From Alphaproteobacteria bacterium (GTDB taxonomy: Bacteria; Pseudomonadota; Alphaproteobacteria; UBA828): a DNA stretch of 64,000 nt. Each line of letters starts with the position of its first letter. The first letter of the stretch is position 1. The stretch covers positions 1,752,221 through 1,816,220 of the forward strand of contig CBDEUP010000007.1 of the NCBI GenBank assembly GCA_965243315.1, given 5' to 3'. The position numbers and the translations under genes are program-made. The notes under the pieces are model-generated. The model did not search any database. It saw only the letters and a program-made list of their open reading frames with translations, and was not told the origin of the DNA. This document shows, in pieces, positions 13,536 to 23,695 of this stretch.

Positions 13536-14741
13536 TTAGGCGTTGAGCACGCGGTCCATCTGAGCCTGCATTTCCTGCAGGTTCGACGGCACCGCGCTGA
13601 ACCAGAAGTCCTCTTTGGCGAACTTGAACTTGACCTTGGCCAGGGCCTCGTCAATCGCGACGCCGACCTCGGGCCCCATGCCGTTCTCTTCGGCGTACTG
13701 CGGGGCAAGATCCGGCCGACCGGTGACGTAGCCGCGCAACGGCGTGATTCCCGCGGCGTAGCTGCCGCTCAGGATCCAGTTGAGCGCCGTGTGCACCTGC
13801 TCGAGATTGCCGCGGTCGTGGACCTGGGTCGGGATGTAACAAGCGTGCATCCACTTGGTGTAGAACTCCGTGGCGTTGGCATAGACCCAGTCACCGCCGG
13901 CCTTGTTGGCCTCGCGCACCGCGGGCTCCCAGCAGCGGATGGCGTCGACTTCGCCGTTCTTCATGTCGGAGACCTGGTCGTCGAAGATCTTCCAGAAGTT
14001 GCGGAACTGCCCGGCCTGCTTGCGCTCGATCAGGAAGTCGGCGGTCGCCGCAGCCTCATCCGGCGACGGATCGAGGAGGTCCTTGACGTCCAGCTGGCCG
14101 GTATTCTTGAGATAGGCGAGCGCCTCCCACAGGTAGATGTAGTTGTCGCCGGTGGACGAGCGGCCCAAGGTCTTCTCGCTCTCGTACACCAACGACCAGG
14201 AGGCTTCCTCCGGCGGGCGCGGCTCGTTCAGCTTCTCCGGCAGATAGCCGAAGCTGTCGGCGTTCATCGCCAGCGGAACGCCCCACACGTGGCCGCCTTC
14301 CGGCGCGAGGTCGCGCTGAAGATAGGGCATTTGCGTGATGCTTTCGGGAATGCCGCCCCAGTTCGGGACTGCCGAGGTCTCGATCGGCTTGATCGCCTCG
14401 CCGTCGATCAAGTCCTGTTCGGCGCCCGTGAGCGCGGCGATGATGTCGAAGCGGTCGCCGCCGTCGTTCACCAGAATTTCGGTCAGGAAGATGCCGGGAT
14501 CGTCCTTGATCACGGTGTCTTCCATCTTGAATCCGGTTTCCCTCTCGAACGCGCTCCAGTCGCCGGGGATAAGGGTGGGGCCGGTGATGAGAAGCCGGAT
14601 GGTGTTGTCGTCCTGGGCAATCGCCCGGCGGGTGAGCCCCTTGAGAATTGCGGGCGCGCCGACGATGGCCGTGCCCGCGGCAGCGCACTTGATGAAGTTG
14701 CGTCGTGAAAGGTGGAAGTAGAGGTGTTTGCTCGTCCGCAT
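13536..14741 (-). CDS. ABC transporter substrate-binding protein, Tat signal (Pot-like operon 2)
   Basis: Start MRTSKHLYFHLSRRNFIKCAAAGTAIVGAPAIL carries a twin-arginine motif. RBS agggagg lies upstream. Paralogous to the SBP at 4984..6177. Confidence 0.8.
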   Translation of the reverse strand: MRTSKHLYFHLSRRNFIKCAAAGTAIVGAPAILKGLTRRAIAQDDNTIRLLITGPTLIPGDWSAFERETGFKMEDTVIKDDPGIFLTEILVNDGGDRFDIIAALTGAEQDLIDGEAIKPIETSAVPNWGGIPESITQMPYLQRDLAPEGGHVWGVPLAMNADSFGYLPEKLNEPRPPEEASWSLVYESEKTLGRSSTGDNYIYLWEALAYLKNTGQLDVKDLLDPSPDEAAATADFLIERKQAGQFRNFWKIFDDQVSDMKNGEVDAIRCWEPAVREANKAGGDWVYANATEFYTKWMHACYIPTQVHDRGNLEQVHTALNWILSGSYAAGITPLRGYVTGRPDLAPQYAEENGMGPEVGVAIDEALAKVKFKFAKEDFWFSAVPSNLQEMQAQMDRVLNA

Positions 14742-15682
14742 GGCGAAGCCTCCCTGCATGAGTTTGAGCGCGCCCGCGGACCGCGCGCCTTCGCCAACCG
14801 GCCGCAGAGCGTCTGCAGGATAACAGCGGCAAGCGGGGCAAGGCCCAGCGGGTGGAGACATGATGACTGGTTTGGGCACGCCAAACAATCCCACGCACTG
14901 GTTCGGGCCGGACGGAAGGGCAGGGTTGCGAAGGCGAATCCGACCCCTGGGGCGTGCGCCGGCGGCAGGCGGCACACTCCTTCGCGTCTCCGTACTGTCC
15001 TGCGGTCACCTGGTCGCCTGGCTCGCCGAGACCGCCCCTTTATCGGACCGCTGAGCCAGACAACTCTTGGTCGGACCAATCGACGCCTCAAGTGTCCGTG
15101 ACAACACCCAAAATACCGTTGACAAGCCAATTTCCTGACCACAGGATTGCCCGTGGATCGGTCAATTCAAGAGCCACCAAGTACCTCGGTACGGTGCTTG
15201 ACAATAAATTGGGGAGGTTTGAGGGGCTAAATCGACATCCAATAGTCAGCGGCAACTCTTCGCCAACCGAACTGACTGTGATGCTCGATCTGCGCTCTTT
15301 CGCGAACATTGAGTCTTGGAACCGTGGCTCGAGGCGCTAGGGGCGGCCTTGCTGAGGAGGAAGCCGGACAGGGTATGGTGAGCGTTCTGTATCCTGCTGA
15401 TATGCAACGAGAAGGCGCCGATTCGAACGATCATGACGCGGCGTTCAGCGACTGCATACGATTCTGTGGGTGGCGTTTGTGCACCAATGTTCGGTACGTC
15501 AAATAGGCTGTCGGTGGCTTCGATGAAACGCACTCTATAGCCACGACAATGCCAAGACATTCTCAAACACTGCGAAATAGAGAGGGAGCAAGATCTGAAT
15601 TTATTAAGTCCACTATTTTACAGCGTGTGTTGAAAGAATTCGGCCCTATTTCAGGTCGGAATGGATGTCTATCTAGGCGGGG

Positions 15683-16810
15683 ATGGGTATTTTGATGATG
15701 ACCGATACCCCGGATATTGTGGTCTTCGACCGCGTGCAAAAGAGCTACGACGGCGAGATCCTGGTCGTCAAGGACCTCAATCTGAGCATCAAGACTGGTG
15801 AGTTCCTGACGATGTTGGGCCCTTCGGGATCCGGCAAGACCACATGCTTGATGATGTTGGCTGGTTTTGAGCCGGCTACTCATGGAGAAATCTATTTGAA
15901 CGATCGCCCGATCAACAAAGTTGCGCCGCATCGACGAAATATCGGAATGGTCTTCCAGGATTATGCGCTGTTCCCGCACATGACCGTCACGGAGAATCTG
16001 GCGTTTCCTCTAAAAGTTCGAAGGATTCCGAAATCGGAGATTGAGGCAAAAGTCAAGCGAGCGCTGGACATGGTTCGCCTGCCGGACTTCGGTGGCCGCC
16101 GTCCCGGCCAACTCTCGGGCGGCCAGCAACAACGCGTGGCGGTGGCACGGGCGCTGGTGTTCGAGCCCGACCTGGTGCTTATGGATGAGCCTCTCGGCGC
16201 CTTGGACAAGAATCTGCGGGAGGAGATGCAGTACGAAATAAAACACCTTCACGAAGAGCTGGGCGTTACTATCGTCTACGTCACGCATGATCAGTCCGAA
16301 GCGTTGACCATGTCCAATCGTATTGCGGTCTTTAATGATGGTGTAATTCAGCAATTGGCAAGCCCTAGCGCGCTGTACGAACAACCGGAGAACGCCTTCG
16401 TTGCGCAGTTTATCGGCGAGAACAATCGTTTGTGCGGCAAGGTAAATTCCGTTGAGGGGAACCATTGCCAGGTGAATTTGGATGGTGGTGGCACCGTTCG
16501 AGCCCTCAATGTGAGGGTCGAAGGGGCGGGCGCACGCACGACTCTCTCGCTCCGCCCTGAGCGCGTTATCGTCGCGTGCGAGGATGGGGAGGTGGACAAC
16601 TCCATCGTCGGTCGGGTCGAAGAGTTGATCTATCTGGGAGACCACATCCGCGCGCGCTTGTCCGTCGCGGCAACAGATGAGTTTGTTGTGAAGATTCCCA
16701 ATACAGATCGCCATGCGGCGCTGCGCGAGGGCATGAAGGTCAACCTGGGCTGGGCTGCGGAAGATTGCCGGGCGCTGGATGCGCCGACTGATGCGGCCGA
16801 GCCCGGTTAG
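15683..16810 (+). CDS. ABC transporter ATP-binding protein (PotA-like), lower-GC gene
   Basis: Walker [10 protein letters not shown], signature [15 protein letters not shown] and a TOBE-like C-terminus. GC is about 52-55%, against about 68% for the rest of the window. Confidence 0.9.
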   Translation: MGILMMTDTPDIVVFDRVQKSYDGEILVVKDLNLSIKTGEFLTMLGPSGSGKTTCLMMLAGFEPATHGEIYLNDRPINKVAPHRRNIGMVFQDYALFPHMTVTENLAFPLKVRRIPKSEIEAKVKRALDMVRLPDFGGRRPGQLSGGQQQRVAVARALVFEPDLVLMDEPLGALDKNLREEMQYEIKHLHEELGVTIVYVTHDQSEALTMSNRIAVFNDGVIQQLASPSALYEQPENAFVAQFIGENNRLCGKVNSVEGNHCQVNLDGGGTVRALNVRVEGAGARTTLSLRPERVIVACEDGEVDNSIVGRVEELIYLGDHIRARLSVAATDEFVVKIPNTDRHAALREGMKVNLGWAAEDCRALDAPTDAAEPG

Positions 16811-16894
16811 AGCAGATCAAGGCGTGTCGGCGTTGCCGATGCGAGGCTTGAGAACCCGCCGGTGTGTCCGGCAAACGAGAGGAGAATAACCAAG

Positions 16895-17998
16895 ATGAGA
16901 TGGCTATTGAGTACGACTGTCGTCGCCGCCGGCGTGGCGTTGGCGGCGGGGAGCGCCCAGGCACTCGACCTCACGATCGTGTCGTGGGGCGGCGCCTATA
17001 CGGCGAGCCAGCAGAAGGCCTATCACGATCCCTACATGGCGGCGAACCCCGACATCAACATCATCAATGACGACAACGCCGCTGAGGGACTGGCCAAAGT
17101 CAGGGCGCAGGTGGAGTCGAACAACGTCACCTGGGATATCGTCGACATGGTGGCGGCCGACGCGATCACCGCGTGCGACGAAGGCCTGATCATGGAGATC
17201 GATCCGGACACGTGGCTCGCGCCTGCGCCGGACGGGACCCCTGCGTCGGAGGACTTCTTCGCCGGCACGCTGTCACCGGGCGGTACCAACTGCTTCATCC
17301 CGCAGATCGTCTATTCCACGACCTTCGGCTACCGCACGGATGTCTTCGAGGGTGAGCAGCCGTCCACGATCGCCGACGTGTTCGACCTGGAGAAGTTCCC
17401 CGGCAAGCGCTCGCTGGAGCGCCGGCCCATCAACAATCTCGAATGGGCGCTGCTTGCCGACGGTGTGGCACCTGCGGACGTCTACGCGATGCTGAGCACG
17501 GACGAGGGCGTGGCGCGGGCCCTGGCCAAGCTCGACACCATCAAGGACCAGGTGGTCTGGTGGACCAAGGGCGCCCAGCCGCCGCAGCTTCTGGCGGACG
17601 GCGAGGTCGTCATAGCGTCGGCCTACAACGGCCGTCTCTTCTCGGCCATCGCGGAGAAGAACCAACCCATCGCCATGCTGTGGGACCGCCAGGTGTTCGA
17701 TCTCGACGGCTGGGTTGTGCCGGTGGGCGTCAAAGACCTCGACGCGGTGAAGGCGTATCTCTACTTCGCCACCGACACGCAGCGTCTGGCGGACCAGGCG
17801 AAGTTCATCTCCTACGGCCCGGCGCGCTATTCGTCGGCGCCGCTGGTGGGCAATCACGCCGATCTCGGCATCGACATGAAGCCCCACATGCCGACCGATC
17901 CCAACAATGCCAAGACCCTCTTCGACTTCGACTACGTCTGGTGGGCCGACCACCGGGCGGAGCTCGACGAGGTGTTCAACACCTGGCTCGCGAAATAG
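16895..17998 (+). CDS. ABC transporter substrate-binding protein (PotD/PotF-like), high-GC
   Basis: Start MRWLLSTTVVAAGVALAAGSAQA with a Sec signal. RBS gagaggag lies upstream. Size and composition fit a polyamine-type SBP. Confidence 0.8.
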   Translation: MRWLLSTTVVAAGVALAAGSAQALDLTIVSWGGAYTASQQKAYHDPYMAANPDINIINDDNAAEGLAKVRAQVESNNVTWDIVDMVAADAITACDEGLIMEIDPDTWLAPAPDGTPASEDFFAGTLSPGGTNCFIPQIVYSTTFGYRTDVFEGEQPSTIADVFDLEKFPGKRSLERRPINNLEWALLADGVAPADVYAMLSTDEGVARALAKLDTIKDQVVWWTKGAQPPQLLADGEVVIASAYNGRLFSAIAEKNQPIAMLWDRQVFDLDGWVVPVGVKDLDAVKAYLYFATDTQRLADQAKFISYGPARYSSAPLVGNHADLGIDMKPHMPTDPNNAKTLFDFDYVWWADHRAELDEVFNTWLAK

Positions 17999-18081
17999 CA
18001 GAGACTCAGAGGGACGGGTCGCCCATGTGCGTCCCGTCCCCATTTCTTCGAGGCCGCTGAACGAGACCCAGAGCCGCGCGC

Positions 18082-19344
18082 ATGTCGACGGTCGCCGATA
18101 GCACCCTGCGAACCGCCGATGGCGTGCCATTGAAGACGAGCCTGCGGCGGGCGATGGCCCGCAGGCGCATTCGCACATTCTTGTTGGTTGTCCCCATTCT
18201 GGTGTTTTTGTTGATCACGTTTGTTTTTCCCGTCATCGACATGTTGTTTAGAAGCGTCGACAACCAAATCGTTTCATCTGTTCTGCCTCGTACAACGCTG
18301 GCCATTCAAAGCTGGGATCCGGGGAGCGAGGAGCTGCCACCGGAATTCGTGTACGAAGCTCTGGTGCTGGATATTCAAGAGTCGTTCAAGGACAAGACGC
18401 TGGGCCGTGCCGGACGTCGCTTGAATTACGAAAAGTCCGGCGTGATGAGCTTGTTCCGGAAATCGGGACGACGAGCCAAACGCATCACCGAGGCCCCCTT
18501 CAAGGACCAAGTCATAGCAATTGACCAACGCTGGGCAGACTTGGCGACTTGGCAGCTGATTTATCAGGAATCGAGCAGCGTAACCGAAAGCTACTTCTTG
18601 TCGGCTGTCGACCTTCGGGTTGACTACAAGGGTGAAATATCCTGGAAGGCGGAAGAACGACGAATATACTTGTTCTTATTTTATCGTACGTTGTGGATGA
18701 GTGCGCTCATCACGATATTCTGCTTGCTACTCGGTTATCCGATTGCCTTCCTCCTGGCGACGTTACCACCGCGCCATAGCAATCTCTTGCTCATTCTCGT
18801 CTTGTTGCCATTCTGGACCTCTCTGCTGGTTAGGACGACTGCGTGGATTGCGTTGCTTCAGTCCGAAGGCGTGCTGAACGACCTTATGGTGTTCCTGGGC
18901 ATAATTTCCGAAGACGGTCGTTTGCAGATGATTCACAACAAGATCGGCACCTTCGTGGCGATGACTCACATTCTTTTGCCCTTTATGATTCTGCCCCTCT
19001 ATTCCGTCATGAAGACAATTCCCTCTTCGTATATGCGCGCTGCTCGCTCGCTCGGGGCATCACCGTTCACTGGCTTTATCAAGGTCTATATGCCCAATAC
19101 CGTACCTGGTATCGGCGCCGGCTGCATTCTGGTATTCATTCTTTCGATCGGTTATTACATCACGCCGGCGCTGGTCGGAGGACGAACCGGCACGTTCATC
19201 TCGAACATCATCGCCCTTCACATTAGCGAGACGTTAAACTGGGGTCTGGCGGCTGCGCTGGGCGTGATTTTGTTGGCGCTCGTCCTGTTGCTCTATTTCC
19301 TCTATGACAGGATCGTCGGCGTCGCCAACATGAAGCTCGGATAG
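18082..19344 (+). CDS. ABC transporter permease (PotB-like with N-terminal extension), low-GC
   Basis: Polytopic membrane protein with the permease signature. GC is about 50%. Confidence 0.85.
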   Translation: MSTVADSTLRTADGVPLKTSLRRAMARRRIRTFLLVVPILVFLLITFVFPVIDMLFRSVDNQIVSSVLPRTTLAIQSWDPGSEELPPEFVYEALVLDIQESFKDKTLGRAGRRLNYEKSGVMSLFRKSGRRAKRITEAPFKDQVIAIDQRWADLATWQLIYQESSSVTESYFLSAVDLRVDYKGEISWKAEERRIYLFLFYRTLWMSALITIFCLLLGYPIAFLLATLPPRHSNLLLILVLLPFWTSLLVRTTAWIALLQSEGVLNDLMVFLGIISEDGRLQMIHNKIGTFVAMTHILLPFMILPLYSVMKTIPSSYMRAARSLGASPFTGFIKVYMPNTVPGIGAGCILVFILSIGYYITPALVGGRTGTFISNIIALHISETLNWGLAAALGVILLALVLLLYFLYDRIVGVANMKLG

Positions 19345-19349
19345 CGCGC

Positions 19350-20198
19350 ATGCCGCCGCCGCTGCACGCCACGCACTCAGAACGGGTCTGGTATTACACG
19401 TTCCGAACGCTGTGCGTGCTGATTTTTATTTTCTTGGTCGGTCCTATTTTCGTCATTATTCCACTCAGCTTTAACGAACTTCCCTACTTTACCTTCACGC
19501 CCGAGATGCTTGCCTTCGACCCGGCAGGCTACAGCACGAAGTGGTATCAGGAATTCTTCACCGAGGACTCTTGGCAAAGGGCAGTACAGAACAGCTTCCT
19601 CATCGCGGTATTCGCCACGCTCATTTCGACATTCCTCGGCACCCTGGCGGCGCTCGGGCTCAGCAGGCCCGAAATGCCCTTCAGGAAGACGATTATGGCG
19701 CTGTTGATTTCGCCGATGATCGTTCCGCTTATAATTTCGGCCGCCGGTATGTATTTCTTTTATGCAAGGATCGGACTCGCCTCGACGCATGTCGGCGTCA
19801 TTCTTGCCCATGCGGCGTTGGGCATCCCCTTCGTAATCATCACGGTGACGGCGACGTTGGTGGGCTTCGACCACTCGCTCACCCGCGCGGCCGCAAGCCT
19901 GGGGTCGAGCCCGACGCGGACCTTCTTCGTTGTGATCGTGCCCCTGATCTTGCCCGGCGTCATATCGGGCGCGCTGCTAGCGTTCATCACCTCCTTCGAC
20001 GAGGTGGTGGTCGTGCTGTTCGTGGGCTCGGTGGAGCAGCGAACGATTCCCTGGAAGATGTTCTCAGGGATTCGCGAGGAGATCCGTCCGACCATCCTCG
20101 CCGTCGCGACGCTCCTGGTGGTCGTGTCGATCATTTTGTTGACGATGGTGGAGCTCCTGCGGCGGCGGAGCGAGCGGCTACGCGGGATTCGCTCTTAA
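19350..20198 (+). CDS. ABC transporter permease (PotC-like), low-GC
   Basis: Membrane protein with EAAxSLG-type permease motif AASLGSSPTRTF. Confidence 0.85.
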   Translation: MPPPLHATHSERVWYYTFRTLCVLIFIFLVGPIFVIIPLSFNELPYFTFTPEMLAFDPAGYSTKWYQEFFTEDSWQRAVQNSFLIAVFATLISTFLGTLAALGLSRPEMPFRKTIMALLISPMIVPLIISAAGMYFFYARIGLASTHVGVILAHAALGIPFVIITVTATLVGFDHSLTRAAASLGSSPTRTFFVVIVPLILPGVISGALLAFITSFDEVVVVLFVGSVEQRTIPWKMFSGIREEIRPTILAVATLLVVVSIILLTMVELLRRRSERLRGIRS

Positions 20199-20212
20199 AC
20201 GCCATATAGTAA

Positions 20213-20227
20213 CGCCACATAGTGGCG
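20213..20227 (+). terminator. Hairpin cgccac-ata-gtggcg immediately after the permease stop
   Basis: 6-bp perfect stem with a 3-nt loop. There is no clear U-tract, so this is a weak terminator candidate. Confidence 0.25.
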
Positions 20228-20238
20228 CGCCGGCAAAT

Positions 20239-20253
20239 GTTCTTGTAATGTTC
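20239..20253 (+). promoter_or_regulatory. Alphaproteobacterial LexA (SOS) box, GTTC-N7-GTTC
   Basis: Sequence aatGTTCttgtaatGTTCttgt has GTTC, a 7-nt spacer, then GTTC, a perfect match to the alphaproteobacterial LexA direct-repeat operator. It sits just upstream of the radical-SAM gene. Confidence 0.5.
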
Positions 20254-20277
20254 TTGTCCACCACCTATGCTGTGGCG

Positions 20278-21342
20278 ATGAGTGGCGTGCGCAAGGGGCG
20301 GGGGGCAGCGAGCAACCGGAGCGGGCGCTACGAACGCCACCAACGAGAGGTTTTCGACGACGGTTGGAGCACCATCGATGAGGAACCGCGGCCCCTTCGC
20401 ACGGAGGTTCGGCCCGATGCCAGCCGCACGGTGATAACCCGCAACAACTCCCCCGACCTCGGCTTCGATCGTTCAATCAACGTCTATCGCGGCTGCGAGC
20501 ATGGCTGCGTCTATTGTTACGCACGCCCCACCCACGCCTTTCTCGGGCTCTCGCCCGGCCAGGACTTCGAGAGCCGCATCTTTGCCAAGCACGATGCGCC
20601 GGCCCAGCTGGAGCGTGAGCTGGCCAGACCGGGCTACCGGTGCCGCATGATCGCGATGGGCACCAACACCGACCCCTACCAGCCGACTGAGCGTCGCCTC
20701 GCGCTGACGCGAGGCGTGCTCGAGGTGCTGGACCGTTGCAATCATCCCGTCGGCATCGTGACCAAGTCGGCGCTGGTGGCGCGGGACGCCGACATTCTCT
20801 CCCGTATGGCACGTCGTCGCCTTGCCACGGTCGCGCTCTCTATCACGACGCTGGACCGCGAGCTCGCCCGCACCATGGAGCCGCGCGCCTCGACGCCAGC
20901 GAAGCGGTTGGAGGCGATCAAGGCGCTGAGCGACGCTGGGGTGCCGGTGGGCGTGATGGTGGCGCCCATCGTACCCGGCCTCACCGATCACGAGATGGAG
21001 GCGATCCTTGAGGCCGCCAGCGAGGTGGGTGCAAGCCGCGCCGGCTACGTCCTCCTGCGGTTGCCGCTGGAGGTCCGGGAGCTTTTTCTGGAATGGCTTT
21101 CGGTCCACGCGCCCAACAAGGCCAAACGGGTGGTCTCTCTATTGCAGGGAATGCGCGCGGGTCGTCTCAACGATCCCCACTTCGGCTCCCGCATGACCGG
21201 CGCTGGCCCCTACGCCGACCTTATCGCTTCGCGCTTCGCCGCGGCGACGAAGCGCCTCGGGCTGGCGCGGCGCGGGCCCGACCTCGACACCGGGCGCTTC
21301 CGCCCGCCATCTCGCGACCCGGCGCAACTCGAACTGTTCTGA
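20278..21342 (+). CDS. Radical SAM protein, PA0069/SPL (spore-photoproduct-lyase-like) DNA-repair family
   Basis: CEHGCVYC is a CxxxCxxC radical-SAM cluster motif. Overall similarity is to the SplB-like PA0069 family. ORF was called from 20248, but that ATG lies inside the LexA box, so a start at MSGVRK (20278) or nearby is likelier. Confidence 0.75.
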   Translation: MSGVRKGRGAASNRSGRYERHQREVFDDGWSTIDEEPRPLRTEVRPDASRTVITRNNSPDLGFDRSINVYRGCEHGCVYCYARPTHAFLGLSPGQDFESRIFAKHDAPAQLERELARPGYRCRMIAMGTNTDPYQPTERRLALTRGVLEVLDRCNHPVGIVTKSALVARDADILSRMARRRLATVALSITTLDRELARTMEPRASTPAKRLEAIKALSDAGVPVGVMVAPIVPGLTDHEMEAILEAASEVGASRAGYVLLRLPLEVRELFLEWLSVHAPNKAKRVVSLLQGMRAGRLNDPHFGSRMTGAGPYADLIASRFAAATKRLGLARRGPDLDTGRFRPPSRDPAQLELF

Positions 21343-21380
21343 ACCGCTGACGCGCACGCCAGGCGTGCTAGAACGGCTTC

Positions 21381-22019
21381 ATGGCAGTGAGGCGCAAACA
21401 GCAGGAGCAGCCTGATCTTTCGTTGGAGCACGCGGCCGGCGGGCGCGTGGCTGGCGTCGACGAAGCGGGCAGGGGGCCCTGGGCGGGGCCCGTGGTCGCA
21501 GCGGCTGTGGTGTTCGACGCGGACGGCCCGCCGCCTCGCTTCAGCGTGATGATCACCGATTCCAAGTTGCTCAAGGCGGAACAGCGCGCCGCGCTCCAGC
21601 CGGCGATCTTGGCTTGCGCCGACGCCACCGTTGGCATCGCCAGCGTCGCCGAGATCGATAGCATGAACATCCTTCAGGCTACGCTGCTCGCCATGCGCCG
21701 AGCCGTCGCACGCCTCGCCGAAGTGCCCGACCTGGCGCTGGTGGACGGCAATCGCGCGCCGCGCCTGCCTTGCCCGGCGCGGGCGGTGGTGGGCGGCGAC
21801 CGCAAGAGCCTCTCGATCGCCGCGGCCTCGATCGTCGCCAAGGTGGTCAGGGACCGTCTGATGGCGCGCCTCGCGGCGGACTATCCGGGCTACGGCTGGG
21901 AGCGGAACGCCGGCTACGGCACGGCAGAGCACCAGGCGGGGCTCGCCCGGCTCGGGCCTTGCATACACCACCGGCGCTCCTTTCGTCCGATCCGTGAACT
22001 CCTGGAAGCCGAACCGTGA
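21381..22019 (+). CDS. rnhB: Ribonuclease HII
   Basis: [22 protein letters not shown] is the RNase HII active-site motif, and the protein is about 210 aa. Confidence 0.9.
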   Translation: MAVRRKQQEQPDLSLEHAAGGRVAGVDEAGRGPWAGPVVAAAVVFDADGPPPRFSVMITDSKLLKAEQRAALQPAILACADATVGIASVAEIDSMNILQATLLAMRRAVARLAEVPDLALVDGNRAPRLPCPARAVVGGDRKSLSIAAASIVAKVVRDRLMARLAADYPGYGWERNAGYGTAEHQAGLARLGPCIHHRRSFRPIRELLEAEP

Positions 22020-22597
22020 GCAGCCGCGTGTCCGGCGACGAACTCGTCCTCCATCCGCCGAACATTCTCCGCTGGCGCGGGCGCCGCTTCGCCTGCGCCA
22101 TCGGCTGGGGCGGGGTGCGGACCAACAAGCGCGAGGGCGATGGTGCCACGCCAGCCGGCCGCTTTCCTCTCCGCCGGGTTCTCTACAGGCCGGACCACTT
22201 GGCGCCGCCGCGCACGGCGCTCCCCATCGCACCGCTGAGCCCGCGGGACGGCTGGTGCGACGACCCCACCCACCCGCTTTACAACCGGCCGCTTCGACTG
22301 CCGCACGAGGCTCGCCATGAGGAGCTCTGGCGGGCGGACCGGGTCTACGATGTCATCGTCATTCTCGGTCACAACGATGCGCCCGTCGTGCAGGACCTCG
22401 GCAGTGCGGTGTTCTTGCACGTCGCTCAGCCGGACTACGCGCCCACCGCAGGCTGCGTCGCTGTGGCGGCAGGCGATCTGCTGACGATTCTGGCCGGCGT
22501 GGGCAGACGCACGTGTCTTCGCGTGCCACTCGCCGCAGCGCCTCCTGCTCGTTGCAGAAAGCCGTCCCTGGTTTTCGGCGGCATCGGATTCCAGTAG
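22016..22597 (+). CDS. L,D-transpeptidase (YkuD)-like domain protein
   Basis: [18 protein letters not shown] matches the H...(S/T)xGC catalytic motif. The start overlaps the rnhB stop in an ATGA arrangement. Confidence 0.5.
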   Translation: MSSRVSGDELVLHPPNILRWRGRRFACAIGWGGVRTNKREGDGATPAGRFPLRRVLYRPDHLAPPRTALPIAPLSPRDGWCDDPTHPLYNRPLRLPHEARHEELWRADRVYDVIVILGHNDAPVVQDLGSAVFLHVAQPDYAPTAGCVAVAAGDLLTILAGVGRRTCLRVPLAAAPPARCRKPSLVFGGIGFQ

Positions 22598-22634
22598 GGT
22601 GCCAAGCAATCCGAAAACGAGGAGGTCGTATCCC

Positions 22635-23645
22635 ATGAAGAAACTCGCTCTCGCACTTCTGGCCGCCGCCACCCTGGCTGTGGCAGGGCCTGTTAGCGCC
22701 CAGGAAGACATGCCGTTCGCGCTTGACTGGAAGTTCGAAGGTCCCTCTGGGCCGTATTTCGCGGCCATCGACAACGGCCACTTCGAAGCCGCCGGACTCA
22801 ATGTCGAGATCTCCGCCGGCCAGGGCTCGCTGGATGCCATTCCCAAGGTCGCCACCGGCGCCTTCCCGGTCGGCTTCGCGGACATCAACTCTCTGGTCAA
22901 GTTCCTGGACCAGAATCCTGGTGCACCGGTCATCGCGGTCATGATGATCTATGACAAGCCGCCGTTCGCCGTCGTCGGCCGCAAGAGCCTCGGCGTCAGC
23001 GTGCCGAAGGATCTCGAGGGGCGGGTGCTCGGAGCGCCGCCGCCGGATGGTGCCTGGGCCCAATTCCCGGCCTTTGCCACCGCCAACGACCTCGATATGG
23101 ACAAGATCACCGTCGAGCCCGTCGGCTTTCCGACCCGCGAGCCGATGCTTGCAGAAGGCAACGTGGATGCCGTGACCGGCTATTCCTTTTCGTCATTCCT
23201 GAACCTCGTCCGCCTCGGCGTGCCAGAGGACGACATTTCGACCATCCTGATGGCGGATTACGGTCTCGCGCTCTACGGCAACGCGATCATCGTGAACACC
23301 GACTATGCGGCCGCCAATGGGGACAAGGTCACCGGCTTCATCACCGCCGTGGCGAAGGGGTGGAAGGATGCCATCGCCGATCCGGCGAAGGCCATTGAAT
23401 CACTGGTGAAGCGGAACCCCGCCGCCGATGCGGCGCTTGAAACTCGCCGGCTTCAGCTCTCCATCGATGCCAATGTGCTGACCGACTACACGAGCGCCAA
23501 CGGAATCGGCGGTATTGACGCTGCGCGCATGGACAAGGCGCTGATGCAGCTCGCGGAGACGTACGAGTTCCAGAACGAGCCGGACGCTTCGCTCTATTTC
23601 ACGGACGCCTATCTGCCTGCGGCTGAAATGAGGATGCTCCAGTAG
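22635..23645 (+). CDS. NMT1/THI5-like (NitT/TauT family) ABC substrate-binding protein
   Basis: Start MKKLALALLAAATLAVAGPVSA with a signal peptide. The protein has the character of a taurine/sulfonate/nitrate-type SBP. Confidence 0.75.
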   Translation: MKKLALALLAAATLAVAGPVSAQEDMPFALDWKFEGPSGPYFAAIDNGHFEAAGLNVEISAGQGSLDAIPKVATGAFPVGFADINSLVKFLDQNPGAPVIAVMMIYDKPPFAVVGRKSLGVSVPKDLEGRVLGAPPPDGAWAQFPAFATANDLDMDKITVEPVGFPTREPMLAEGNVDAVTGYSFSSFLNLVRLGVPEDDISTILMADYGLALYGNAIIVNTDYAAANGDKVTGFITAVAKGWKDAIADPAKAIESLVKRNPAADAALETRRLQLSIDANVLTDYTSANGIGGIDAARMDKALMQLAETYEFQNEPDASLYFTDAYLPAAEMRMLQ

Positions 23646-23695
23646 CCTGACCGCGGCAGAGTTTTCTACATACGCCGGCCGGAGGGGCGGACTCG

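Noticed and set aside
14975-15683. AT-rich 700-bp intergenic region with several TTGACA-like hexamers and a GAAC-N11-GAAC repeat, considered as a LexA box or sRNA
   Set aside because: The spacer is 11 nt, not 7, so it is not a LexA box. No convincing terminator or conserved structure is seen. Most simply it is a divergent promoter region for the two Pot-like operons.
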